64,000 bases of DNA from Minisyncoccota bacterium (lineage in GTDB: Bacteria; Patescibacteriota; Minisyncoccia; Phycocordibacterales; Phycocordibacteraceae), in the NCBI GenBank assembly GCA_035627655.1, contig DASPLI010000001.1:665605-729604 (forward strand), written 5' to 3'. How positions within the stretch are numbered: position 1 is the stretch's first letter; each line of letters begins with the position of its first letter. This document shows, in pieces, positions 28,464 to 37,367 of the stretch. Below the pieces are notes generated by a model, which was given only the letters and a program-made list of their open reading frames with translations, made no database searches and was not told where the DNA came from. The position numbers were made by a program, and so were the translations under genes.

Positions 28464-29258
28464 ATGGATAAGGGCATTAGCTGGGTGAAGAAATATTGGG
28501 CGCTAAGCATTATTTTGGTGGTTATTCTCGTGTTCCTGGGTGCCTATCTCGCCGGGTTCCGTCTTGGCGCTGGCGGCATTGTTCGCGTCGGCTCTGCCGA
28601 GATCCGCGGCATTCCTGAAGGCTCAAAGATTTACGTAGATGAGGCCCGCCTCGTTACCGCAAAGAAAGACGTCACGCAGGTTTATCTCAAACCGGGCGCT
28701 CACTCGGTCATTGTTGATGTTGAAGAGATGCAGCCGTGGAATGAAGTGTTCACGGTTGAGGAAGGCAAAGCTACCGTGCTTCACCCGATTGCAGTACGAA
28801 AGAGCGTACTTCGCGAGACTGTCGAACCGGGCGAGCACGCAAGCGCACGCGGAACCCTAAGCCAGCACCCGATCCCAACCGCGGAGAAGCCGCTGCTGCT
28901 TCAGGATGGCTGCGTTTCTACCTATGTCTCGCAGGGTCGCATTATCGCAAGCGCAACCACGACGCCTGGCTGCACGCCGCCGCCGTATCTCGCTTGCCTT
29001 CCCCAAGAAGGAGCAGCCTGTCCGCCGACTCTTATATTCGCGCCAACCGGCACTATTCGCTCAGTCGTGAAGTACCCGGGCCGTGAAGACGCACTCGTGG
29101 TCGCGTCCGGCACGCTTTCCTATGTCGTCGAGCTTGATCCGCGCGAGCCGCAGTTCTTCTCGCCTGTGCTTCGAAACGGCAATATCCGCATCGCTCCGCT
29201 TACGGACGGCGTTCTCCTTATTGAAGAAGCCGGCGCGTACTATAGGATTACGTTATGA
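28464..29258 (+). CDS. Membrane-anchored PEGA-domain protein.
   Basis: The start was reset to MDKGISWVKKYW... because the 5' part of the track ORF overlaps the antisense of the mreB-like gene. A transmembrane anchor is followed by IRGIPEGSKIYVDEARLV (PEGA-like) and a Cys-rich C-terminus. Confidence 0.5.
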   Translation: MDKGISWVKKYWALSIILVVILVFLGAYLAGFRLGAGGIVRVGSAEIRGIPEGSKIYVDEARLVTAKKDVTQVYLKPGAHSVIVDVEEMQPWNEVFTVEEGKATVLHPIAVRKSVLRETVEPGEHASARGTLSQHPIPTAEKPLLLQDGCVSTYVSQGRIIASATTTPGCTPPPYLACLPQEGAACPPTLIFAPTGTIRSVVKYPGREDALVVASGTLSYVVELDPREPQFFSPVLRNGNIRIAPLTDGVLLIEEAGAYYRITL

Positions 29259-29536
29259 AGCACATCGGCGACCTCGTCCCTAAACTGACGACCGGCGCCG
29301 CTCGCAAAACGGAACGCGGCGAGCTCATGCGTTATTTTGTTGCGCATCTCAACGCTTCCCGCGCGAAAGTAAAGCTTCCCATGATCACCATGGCCCGCAT
29401 GGGCAAGATTCTGGAAGGCATACCGACCAAAGATCTCTACTACCTCAAGAGCGTTTGCGACAAAGCGAAGAATTTCAGCAAGAAATTCTGGTGGGAAGTG
29501 GATCCGAAGAAGCACATGGCGGAGAATCCGTTCTAG
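29255..29536 (+). CDS. Hypothetical basic protein of 93 aa.
   Basis: It is coupled in ATGA fashion to the PEGA gene and lies upstream of def-fmt, which suggests an operon. Confidence 0.4.
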   Translation: MKHIGDLVPKLTTGAARKTERGELMRYFVAHLNASRAKVKLPMITMARMGKILEGIPTKDLYYLKSVCDKAKNFSKKFWWEVDPKKHMAENPF

Positions 29537-29571
29537 CTTTCCTATACGCCGAGTGTTGTTATAGTGCGCAT

Positions 29572-30096
29572 ATGAAGCCTATCGTCCAAAACGGCGACCC
29601 CGTGCTGCGGGAGAAAGCAGCGCCGGTTGAAGACCGGCTCTTCGGCACGAAAGAACTCCAGGACATGGTTGATGCTATGGCAGTCGCCCTTGATGCAGAG
29701 CCGGATGGCGTTGCGATTGCTGCTCCACAGATTGGTCTCGGGAAGCGCATCTTCCTGGTGCGCCACGACCGCCTTCTGCCGCCGCCCGCAGAAGGTACCC
29801 CGCCGTACCCGGTAGAGCTTGGTGTATTCATAAACCCGGAGATAACGAAGACGTCGCGCCGCATGGTGGAGATGGATGAGGGCTGCCTTTCGGTGCGCGG
29901 TACCTATGGACGCACCATGCGGCACGAGCGTGCGAGCGTGCGAGCGCGAGATGTCGACGGTAACGTCTTTGAGCGCGGCGGGGGCGGCGTGCTTGCCCAA
30001 GCATTCCAGCACGAGATTGACCACCTCGACGGCATTCTCTTTATTGATCACGCGCACGACTTCTACGAGCACGTGCATAGTCCAATCGATGAGTAA
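29572..30096 (+). CDS. def: Peptide deformylase.
   Basis: The three deformylase motifs are present: GIAAPQIGL, EGCLS and HEIDHLDG. Confidence 0.9.
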   Translation: MKPIVQNGDPVLREKAAPVEDRLFGTKELQDMVDAMAVALDAEPDGVAIAAPQIGLGKRIFLVRHDRLLPPPAEGTPPYPVELGVFINPEITKTSRRMVEMDEGCLSVRGTYGRTMRHERASVRARDVDGNVFERGGGGVLAQAFQHEIDHLDGILFIDHAHDFYEHVHSPIDE

Positions 30097-30928
30097 GCCT
30101 TTTCTCTTTTTCGGTACGCCGTATGTCGCTCGCGACACACTCGCTGCGCTCGTTGCAGCTGGCTACGTTCCAAAGGCGGTTGTTACCGCACCGGATGCGC
30201 CACGCGGACGAGGCCAGATCGTCACGCCTTGCGAAACGAAGACCTGGGCGCTTGAGCACGATCTGCCAGTTCTTACACCCACAACACTCGATGCGGCAGC
30301 CATCGAAGAGCTGCGGGCGCTTGGTGCTGAGTACGCGATCGTTGTCGCCTACGGAAAAATCATGCCGCAAACACTTATCGACTCCTTCCCGCTTGGCGTC
30401 CTTAACGTCCATTATTCTCTGCTCCCTAAGTACCGCGGCGCCTCCCCGGTTGAAGCGGCGCTTCTCCATAACGAATCAGTCACCGGCGTCTCAATACAGC
30501 AGATGGTGTTCAAGCTTGACGCTGGCGACGTGCTTGCGACAAAAGAGGTCGCTATCGATCCTTTGGAAACAACCCGTGAGCTGCGTCCGCGCCTTATTGA
30601 AGCGGGCGCGCAGCTCCTTATCGATACTCTCCCTGCCTTTGAAGCGGGAACCGTCACCAGAACGCCGCAGGACGAGAATCAGGCGACGCACACTAAGAAA
30701 ATACGCAAAGAAGACGGTTTGCTTTCCCTTTCCGGAGACGCGCAGGAAAACTGGAATAAGTACCGTGCCTATGCAGAATCTCCAGGAACGTACTTTTTCA
30801 TGCAGCGCGGGGACACGCAGATTCGCGTCAAAATAAAGACGGCGAACTACAAAGATGGGCGCTTTATTCCTCTTCGCGTTGTACCTGAAGGAAAGAAGGA
30901 AACCGACTACCGCTCCCTAGCCAATTGA
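30089..30928 (+). CDS. fmt: Methionyl-tRNA formyltransferase.
   Basis: The start was reset to MSKPFLFFGTP. It has a formyltransferase N-terminal domain (NVHYSLLPKYRGASP) and overlaps the def stop. Confidence 0.85.
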   Translation: MSKPFLFFGTPYVARDTLAALVAAGYVPKAVVTAPDAPRGRGQIVTPCETKTWALEHDLPVLTPTTLDAAAIEELRALGAEYAIVVAYGKIMPQTLIDSFPLGVLNVHYSLLPKYRGASPVEAALLHNESVTGVSIQQMVFKLDAGDVLATKEVAIDPLETTRELRPRLIEAGAQLLIDTLPAFEAGTVTRTPQDENQATHTKKIRKEDGLLSLSGDAQENWNKYRAYAESPGTYFFMQRGDTQIRVKIKTANYKDGRFIPLRVVPEGKKETDYRSLAN

Positions 30929-31135
30929 AAATAGCTTCTTAGGTGAGCGATGCCCGGAGAGAAGCTGCACTTTCCCGACAGGCAGACTAAACTCTTCCGC
31001 AAGAAGTTCTCGAACACGACTGTTTGCCAGATTGCGTTCTGCCGGTTCGCGGACAGAAATGGAGTATATAGCCTCTTCCGTACGGATAACGGATTCTTTT
31101 CTGGCCCCGGGCCGTACGGTAACGCGCACGTACAT
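30917..31135 (-). CDS. DUF167/YggU-like protein.
   Basis: A 72-aa protein: MYVRVTVRPGARKESV...NSRVRELLAEEF...VQLLSGHRSPKK. Confidence 0.55.
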   Translation of the reverse strand: MYVRVTVRPGARKESVIRTEEAIYSISVREPAERNLANSRVRELLAEEFSLPVGKVQLLSGHRSPKKLFSIG

Positions 31136-31137
31136 AA

Positions 31138-31497
31138 CTAGCGGTCGAATCCGCGCAAGAGATTCTTGAATGCGTTTCCGCTTCGGTGTAGAAGACTCTT
31201 CCCTTTTCCTTTGGCACGACTCACCTCCCGTGCAACATCACGCATGACGGTCGTGACCGCGTGGTCCAGTTTGGCTTTTGTCGATTCTGCACGATAGGTG
31301 CCGTCGCTGGTGACCGTGAGCACCGCGCGCCAGATGTCGCCGGCGTTCTGGTTCCCAACCGCAAGCTCAAGATCCAGGTGCGCGAGCGCTGTATCCGGCA
31401 GCATCTTCGCTATACGCTCTATCTGTCGGTTTGCCTGTTCGATAATGTCTGGGGTTGGCTCGTAGCGCGTGCCTTTGATCGTGAGGTTCATAGACAA
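31138..31497 (-). CDS. hpf: Ribosome hibernation promoting factor (RaiA/HPF), short form.
   Basis: MSMNLTIKGTRYEPTPDIIEQANRQIERI...; the S30AE fold is recognisable. Confidence 0.8.
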   Translation of the reverse strand: MSMNLTIKGTRYEPTPDIIEQANRQIERIAKMLPDTALAHLDLELAVGNQNAGDIWRAVLTVTSDGTYRAESTKAKLDHAVTTVMRDVAREVSRAKGKGKSLLHRSGNAFKNLLRGFDR

Positions 31498-31538
31498 GTT
31501 AGTATATGATACCGAACCGATTCTAAAGTGTGGATGAG

Positions 31539-31566
31539 TTGCCGAAATGGCTATTTTGGCTAGAAT
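31539..31566 (+). promoter_or_regulatory. Candidate sigma70-type promoter for tRNA-Asn (TTGCCG, 16-nt spacer, TAGAAT).
   Basis: The -10 element ends 10 nt before the mature tRNA 5' end. Confidence 0.4.
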
Positions 31567-31576
31567 GCCCTTACAT

Positions 31577-31648
31577 TCCGCGATAGCTCAATGGTAGAGC
31601 AGCTCCCTGTTAAGGAGTTGGTTCCAGGTTCGAGTCCTGGTCGCGGAG
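31577..31648 (+). tRNA. tRNA-Asn with anticodon GUU.
   Basis: A cloverleaf with a 7-bp acceptor stem (UCCGCGA/UCGCGGA), anticodon loop CUGUUAA and T-arm CCAGGTTCGAGTCCTGG. CCA is not encoded. Confidence 0.85.
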
Positions 31649-31763
31649 CAAGACAGGATTTTGAGAGTAGGTTTCTCTCAAATCCTCAAGGTTTTCCTTA
31701 CTATCTATCGGTTCGAACCGATCATTAAGCTCTCGCGCTATAGGCGCGACGGTTTCAAGACGC

Positions 31764-34091
31764 CTAAGCCTCGACTTTAACCTGCGCTTCTGCCTCAGCA
31801 GTCAAGCGCATCTGCACCGGTAGTAGCGCATCGAATTTGTTAACTACTTGCGAGTAGAGATCGATCGATTTATCTGACAGCTCAACTGAGAGGATTATCG
31901 CAAACTTAATTTTCTCAGTTATATTGCGCTGTCCTCTAGCCAATGCATGAACATGGAAGACCGGGTTCGATACGCCAGATGTTCGCTTATTCACGAGTCT
32001 GCAATCAACGCTGTCCCACTTCATTTCCTTCCTGAGGTCCTCTTCTGAGCTATAAGGATTTGGGCCATTCTGATTCACAGGAAATGCAGACTGTTTCCAT
32101 CCATCAGCCACAAGCTTCGCCACGAGAGCGGGATCTTTTGATACATTGACGCGCTTCTTCTCTGTCTTACCCGCAGCGCTCTTTCTGGAGAATTCGTACT
32201 GCGCCCCATCAGGATAAAAAGCAACCATTATCGAAGACGACGTGTAGTCGTCAGGGCTCTGAGGGTCGATTTTTGTGCATACCACCGAAGTCCACCGGAA
32301 GAGAGCTTCTCCTGAAGAGATTCCTTCTATCCACGGAATCTTGAACTCGGCATATTTGCCGGGCAGCAATTCGGCTTCGTAAATCAAGGTATAGGTTCCT
32401 TTCTCGCATGTAACAATGTCCTGAAGATTCTCCGTGAGAATTCCGTGGCCCAATTCGTTACTGTGCCCATCTCTCTTGTTTGATACAGCTGAATGAATGA
32501 GCATCGCCCTACCGGTCAGAGGACCTATTGCGCCTCTACTGTACCCGATCAAATGGCCTGCATAACGAGAAACTATAGGGGTGGCGAAACTTGTACCCCC
32601 TCGACTCAACACCTTTTCGTCTGCCTTCCCACCCACAAGATGTATTGGGGTTTGGTCGCACCCTCCAAAAGCTACTAGATCCGGCTTCATCTTGTTTCCC
32701 TCGCGGCCGGGTCCAACACAACTGTACGGGGCCTTAAGTATTTTTCCGTCTCTCTTCGTATATGCGCCAACTCCAAGGCCATTAACCATATCGGAGGGAG
32801 ACTGAATACGCTTCAGGTAATCGGGAGTCCTACTTCCATCGTTGCCGACAGCGGAGTTGAAAAGTACGTTCTCCTTCTCCGCGAGGAGATCGCAGGCAAA
32901 AGTAAAGCGGCCTATCGCATCATCCAGAATCGGCTCTGCTGGACCGATACTTAGGTTGTAGACCCTAATGTCCTTGTTCTTTGGAACCGTATCCTCAATA
33001 GCGTCGATTATCTCGTAGATATCAGGCTGTGCAGTGTCATCAGCGGGTAGCACCCTGAAATTACGCACCGCAAGCGTGGGGCGCGGAAGCTCAACCCCAT
33101 CAGGATATTGATTCAAGGGACCGTATAAAATAGCTCCGGTTACTTGCGTCCCGTGATCTACAAACGTCGGATTAGCGGGAAGTCTCGTAAGATCGATTCC
33201 GTCCGCAAAGTGAGATGTGTAAGGGTTATTTGCCTGAAGTCCACCGTCGAATACACCGATCACAACGTCCGACTTTTCGGTCGAAGTTGGAGGTAGCGGT
33301 GCACCTGAAACAGGTTGACCTCGAGTAATGATGGCGAAGTCGCGCATCTCTAGGGGATGTGCGGTTCTAAGAGGATTGAAATCCGACAGGGTCTTTAGGA
33401 TTGAACGGTTACCCCAAAGACTCACGAACGTTACTCCTGATTCGTACTGCTTGTACTTAATACTGGTGTCGGCCACTCCCGCCTTAGTCGCTACTTCGAG
33501 GAAGTTTTTAATTACGAGCTCTCTGTCCAACTTGAACGGATGCAATACAGCTTCTAGCCTGCCTTCACGCCAGTCATCAGGAATACCGAGAATCTGCTCG
33601 GATGATTCGAGTGTATCGACTGCATGTATTTTTCTTATGTCCGTCTTGAAGTTTTCATGCAAACTGCTTTCGGCTTGATTCAAACGGCTCTCGAAGCGGG
33701 CAAGTCCCTGTTCGGTGGCTCTAACGAAGAGAAGCTTTCCTGCATTAACCTCAGAGCCTCTCCTGCCCGTTTGACGCCATACGCGCGACCCCACATCCTC
33801 AAAGCCACTATTCGGTGCTGCTGCCGGGAACAACGTTTCCGGATAATAACTTTTTGCGGAAAAGGCAGGATCAAGTCTTAGACAGAAGATAAATTCGTTC
33901 GGCATTCTATTTTCAGCCGACAGACTAAGCACCTTTTCTTTTGTTGCCTTAATTCCGCCAAGCACACGCTCTCGCGCTTCTGCATACGAGGCGCGAGGCT
34001 CTTTTTGTCTGCCGCCTGCGGTCTTTGTTATAGGCTTGGTATAAACCTCACCTTTATAGAGTATTGGTCGCCTGTTTTCGTTTTCGCTCAT
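31764..34091 (-). CDS. Subtilisin-like serine protease (peptidase S8) of 775 aa, a candidate for the IetS-like component of an IetAS-type defense pair.
   Basis: The full S8 catalytic set is present: VIGVFDGG (Asp), DHGTQVTG (His), SAVGNDG (oxyanion-hole Asn) and GTSFATP (Ser). Uncharacterised N-terminal extension of about 260 aa and C-terminal extension of about 230 aa flank the protease core. The gene overlaps the upstream ATPase gene by 4 nt, and GC is about 48%. Confidence 0.75.
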   Translation of the reverse strand: MSENENRRPILYKGEVYTKPITKTAGGRQKEPRASYAEARERVLGGIKATKEKVLSLSAENRMPNEFIFCLRLDPAFSAKSYYPETLFPAAAPNSGFEDVGSRVWRQTGRRGSEVNAGKLLFVRATEQGLARFESRLNQAESSLHENFKTDIRKIHAVDTLESSEQILGIPDDWREGRLEAVLHPFKLDRELVIKNFLEVATKAGVADTSIKYKQYESGVTFVSLWGNRSILKTLSDFNPLRTAHPLEMRDFAIITRGQPVSGAPLPPTSTEKSDVVIGVFDGGLQANNPYTSHFADGIDLTRLPANPTFVDHGTQVTGAILYGPLNQYPDGVELPRPTLAVRNFRVLPADDTAQPDIYEIIDAIEDTVPKNKDIRVYNLSIGPAEPILDDAIGRFTFACDLLAEKENVLFNSAVGNDGSRTPDYLKRIQSPSDMVNGLGVGAYTKRDGKILKAPYSCVGPGREGNKMKPDLVAFGGCDQTPIHLVGGKADEKVLSRGGTSFATPIVSRYAGHLIGYSRGAIGPLTGRAMLIHSAVSNKRDGHSNELGHGILTENLQDIVTCEKGTYTLIYEAELLPGKYAEFKIPWIEGISSGEALFRWTSVVCTKIDPQSPDDYTSSSIMVAFYPDGAQYEFSRKSAAGKTEKKRVNVSKDPALVAKLVADGWKQSAFPVNQNGPNPYSSEEDLRKEMKWDSVDCRLVNKRTSGVSNPVFHVHALARGQRNITEKIKFAIILSVELSDKSIDLYSQVVNKFDALLPVQMRLTAEAEAQVKVEA

Positions 34092-35212
34092 ACCTTCGTC
34101 TTAGAGATGTGGTGCTGAACGCCTGCTGGACTGAGTCCAGTTATCTCCCCAAGTTCACGAACAGTAATTTTATCCCCCAGAACTTGCTTCGCCGCAATAC
34201 AGAACTCTCCACGAATCTTCTTGTCTCCAGTCTGAATCTCGAGCTCGTGAAGCGCAGCAACCCCCGGATTTTCTTTCTTCAAGACGATTCTTCGCTTCAC
34301 GCTGTCGGAGAATTTGCAGATATTTGCAGGACTCTTACCATCCAACAACTTGGATATTGGCTCCATTAGTGATGCATAGTCCTCAGAAAGGAAGTCGCCT
34401 AGCTGTTTTTGCAGCAATGTAAGGCGCTCGGGAGCATCAGGATTTGGAATTTCTATCGCATGGTCGAATCGTCTCCATATCGCTCGATCTAGTAGCTCAG
34501 GATGATTGCTTGTAGCGATAACCACAGAAGACACCGGCCAACTTTCAAGCTCCATAAGGAGTACGTTCACGACGCGCTTTATCTCACCAAGATCTGTAGA
34601 GTCATCTCGCTTTTTAGCAATTGCGTCAAATTCGTCGAGTAACAAAACAGCCTGAGCTTCCTTTGCGTATTGAAGAACGCGCTTTAGGTTTTGTCCCGTC
34701 TTTCCCAAAAGACTTGAGATGCTGCTCGATAAATCAAGTACCACGAGCGGCTTATCTAAAGCTGAAGCTATGTATCGAGCCAGCATGGTCTTACCAGTTC
34801 CCGGCTGGCCGGTTAGCAAAAGACTAGTCGAGGGCAATATTCCGCTCTCCATCAAGAGCGACATGCTTTTCCGCTCTTCCAGAAACGTCTGAACTCTATC
34901 TTCAAGAAGTGGTTCAAGAACTGGTGCGCGATGCACTTCGAGATTTGGAGGAATAATCGTAACCATTTCCAAATGACTCTCAGAATCAACAGGAACAGGA
35001 TCTGATACACCTCGGGTCAAAGTCCCTCCGAGCGAATAAGACGAGATCACGTCGATGATTCTCTTAGATAGCTTTGGATTCTGCTTCCGATACAAGCGAG
35101 AAAGAATGAGGGCGAGGGATTCCGCATCATTCGGTTTCCTTTCGAGCGCAGATACAATCAAATCAACTAGCACCTTATCTGCGTCCACCCTTTCCTTGTT
35201 CGGTTTATCCAT
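34088..35212 (-). CDS. AAA+ ATPase of 374 aa, a candidate for the IetA-like component.
   Basis: Walker A GQPGTGKT, Walker B LLLDEFD, sensor-1 ATSN and the arginine-finger region RAIWRRFD are present. An N-terminal domain of about 130 aa has unknown function. Confidence 0.75.
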   Translation of the reverse strand: MDKPNKERVDADKVLVDLIVSALERKPNDAESLALILSRLYRKQNPKLSKRIIDVISSYSLGGTLTRGVSDPVPVDSESHLEMVTIIPPNLEVHRAPVLEPLLEDRVQTFLEERKSMSLLMESGILPSTSLLLTGQPGTGKTMLARYIASALDKPLVVLDLSSSISSLLGKTGQNLKRVLQYAKEAQAVLLLDEFDAIAKKRDDSTDLGEIKRVVNVLLMELESWPVSSVVIATSNHPELLDRAIWRRFDHAIEIPNPDAPERLTLLQKQLGDFLSEDYASLMEPISKLLDGKSPANICKFSDSVKRRIVLKKENPGVAALHELEIQTGDKKIRGEFCIAAKQVLGDKITVRELGEITGLSPAGVQHHISKTKV

Positions 35213-35765
35213 GTATCTAAAATATTACTGTACAGAAGGTAAAAATAATATGTATATAAGCCATATCACTCTGTTCGGTATATATAATACTACGTCTAAT
35301 AGCCTGACAGACCCCTATCCGTGTGGATAAAAGATACGGCGCATGAACTAGTGAAGATTGTGTACGTCTCAGGAGCTCAAGACACGAGCGAGGTTCTAAC
35401 GTAATCCAGCCAGCGGAGCAGACTTCTGGTGTACCAGGGATCAGGCCCGCACCTCCCTACGAATCGCCCGCACGCCAAAAAGCAGGAGACTTCTCTTCTG
35501 CATGTCTTCAAGCACGCGATACTCGCCCGCTAACTGAATCTTATTTTCAAGCGGTTCTGGTCTCCATAAGTAGAAGAGTTCATATTCTTTCGTGAAATAC
35601 GGTCGCAATTTTTGAGTCATGAGGAGCAAGGTTAGATAAGTGTTAACCCTACCGTTATAAGCATGTGCGTTTGGTTAAGAATATTTGACATAAGTAAATA
35701 ATATGGTATTGTTGCCACCGGCAACAGATCTTCACTAACCCAACTTCCAAGAAAGGAGGTGTTCG

Positions 35766-36419
35766 ATGTCGTTTGCCAAAAAGACGATCACGGACCTCCT
35801 CTTTGGGGTCCAGCTCGTCGGAGCAGTCATTTTTTGCGGCGCGCAATTCCTGCGTTCGCTTGAGGACGTGCACGGCGTCAGTATCGTTCAGTTCGCTCTC
35901 GCGACAGCCTTTGTGGTGTTTAACTTGTTTCTCGGGATCGGCGCACATCGTGCGCAACCGAGTCGAGTGACGCTGCAGGCTATCGTGACGTACGTCGTGT
36001 GGGTCGTTATGCTCACCGCCGTCGTGCTCGCAGTTGGATTCAACCGCGAGTACGTCTGGAGCGTACAAGATACGATTATTCTGGTGGTCGCTGCCCTCCT
36101 CACGGTCGGCACACTTGGACTTGGTGCGCTTCAACGCAAGCCAGTCCGCGACCCCATGACGCTTGCCCTCCTCGCGATCGCAAGCAAAAGCGTCCCGCAA
36201 CTATTTCTGGTCTGGACCATCCTTGAACAGGGTGGCTCAGGCATTCCGGCGGCGAGCATTATTGTCGGTCACTGCACCATTCTTATCCGTCTCGGCCAAA
36301 TCTACTTCATGGTCCGAGAAGCAGGATGGGAGCGGAATCGGGTGTGGCTTGCGGTTAGCGAAAGCGCTGCAGAAATCACCTGGTTAGCAGCAACCGCTGC
36401 ATGGCTCGTTATGCTCTGA
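35766..36419 (+). CDS. Hypothetical polytopic membrane protein of 217 aa.
   Basis: An AAAGGAGGTG ribosome-binding site is present and the protein has 6 or more transmembrane helices. Confidence 0.5.
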   Translation: MSFAKKTITDLLFGVQLVGAVIFCGAQFLRSLEDVHGVSIVQFALATAFVVFNLFLGIGAHRAQPSRVTLQAIVTYVVWVVMLTAVVLAVGFNREYVWSVQDTIILVVAALLTVGTLGLGALQRKPVRDPMTLALLAIASKSVPQLFLVWTILEQGGSGIPAASIIVGHCTILIRLGQIYFMVREAGWERNRVWLAVSESAAEITWLAATAAWLVML

Positions 36420-36475
36420 AGCCCGCGTCTTACGAGGACGCGGGCTTCTCTTTTTCACGATGCTACAATCCGCCC

Positions 36476-36895
36476 ATGCCTAACCCCATACGCACCGTCG
36501 GCGTTGTCGTGTTTTCTCATACGGACGTACTCCTCGTTCGCCATGGCGCAAGCTCAAAACATCTTACCGATACGTATGGCCTCCCTGCGGGACGCGTCGA
36601 GGAGGGAGAGACAAGTGTTGAAGCAGCGCTGCGCGAGCTTGAAGAAGAAACCGGACTCACCGCCACAAAAGATGACCTTATTGAAATCCCGAAAACGTAC
36701 GAGGCCGTACTGGAGCGGAAGGACGAGGCAAAGCATTTTGTAATGACCGCCTTTCGTCTCGACCGTTTTAGCGGAACACTCCAGGAGACAAGCGAAACAA
36801 AACCGGAATGGGTTTCCCTATCCGATCTTGATGCATATCCCCTCATTCCGAACGTAGCAAACGCTATTCGCGATGCACGAGAACTAACGCCATAA
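36476..36895 (+). CDS. NUDIX hydrolase.
   Basis: The Nudix box GRVEEGETSVEAALRELEEETGL is present. The start was reset to MPNPIRTVGVV. Confidence 0.8.
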   Translation: MPNPIRTVGVVVFSHTDVLLVRHGASSKHLTDTYGLPAGRVEEGETSVEAALRELEEETGLTATKDDLIEIPKTYEAVLERKDEAKHFVMTAFRLDRFSGTLQETSETKPEWVSLSDLDAYPLIPNVANAIRDARELTP

Positions 36896-37297
36896 CTAGT
36901 GCTTATCTTTCTGAACTGATCTTGAAGCTTCCATCACTACCCCAAGAGTAATTCCTATCGCTATACCGATCGGTAGGTTATCAAGCGCACTACCAATACC
37001 AGCGCCAAGCGCGACGCCAATTGCAATTCCGTAGCCCGGAGTGAGATCTTTCATACATATCACTTATATATCTCCAGTGGTGAGAACTACGTGAGTACAA
37101 CATTCATCAACACGTCAGCTCTACTGCGTACAGTATGTGTATGACAAAAATTGATTCTCTTCTTGCGGGAGTTGGCATAGGCATCCTTGTTACGAACCTT
37201 TTCCTCAAACTGTTTGATATATCGTGGCTCCTTATCAGTATCGGCGTCGTACTGCTACTTATTTCTGGCGCACGGAGCTTGCAGAAGTAGAGCCTAT

Positions 37298-37326
37298 TTG
37301 ACATTACAGTATATGTATGTAATTAT
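37298..37326 (+). promoter_or_regulatory. Candidate promoter (TTGACA, 16-17 nt spacer, TAATTA) upstream of the small membrane-protein gene at 37368.
   Basis: It shares the TTGACA-t(a)tg...tatgt signature with the promoters at 7356 and 42634. Confidence 0.3.
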
Positions 37327-37367
37327 ATATAACGGTAGATTGTTCTACCGCAGTACGGAGTACGCAC

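Noticed and set aside
35441-35629. A 62-aa minus-strand ORF at the distal edge of the island, considered as a possible integrase remnant.
   Set aside because: It has no ribosome-binding site and no tyrosine- or serine-recombinase motifs (there is no R..H..R..Y pattern), so it is not reported as a gene.
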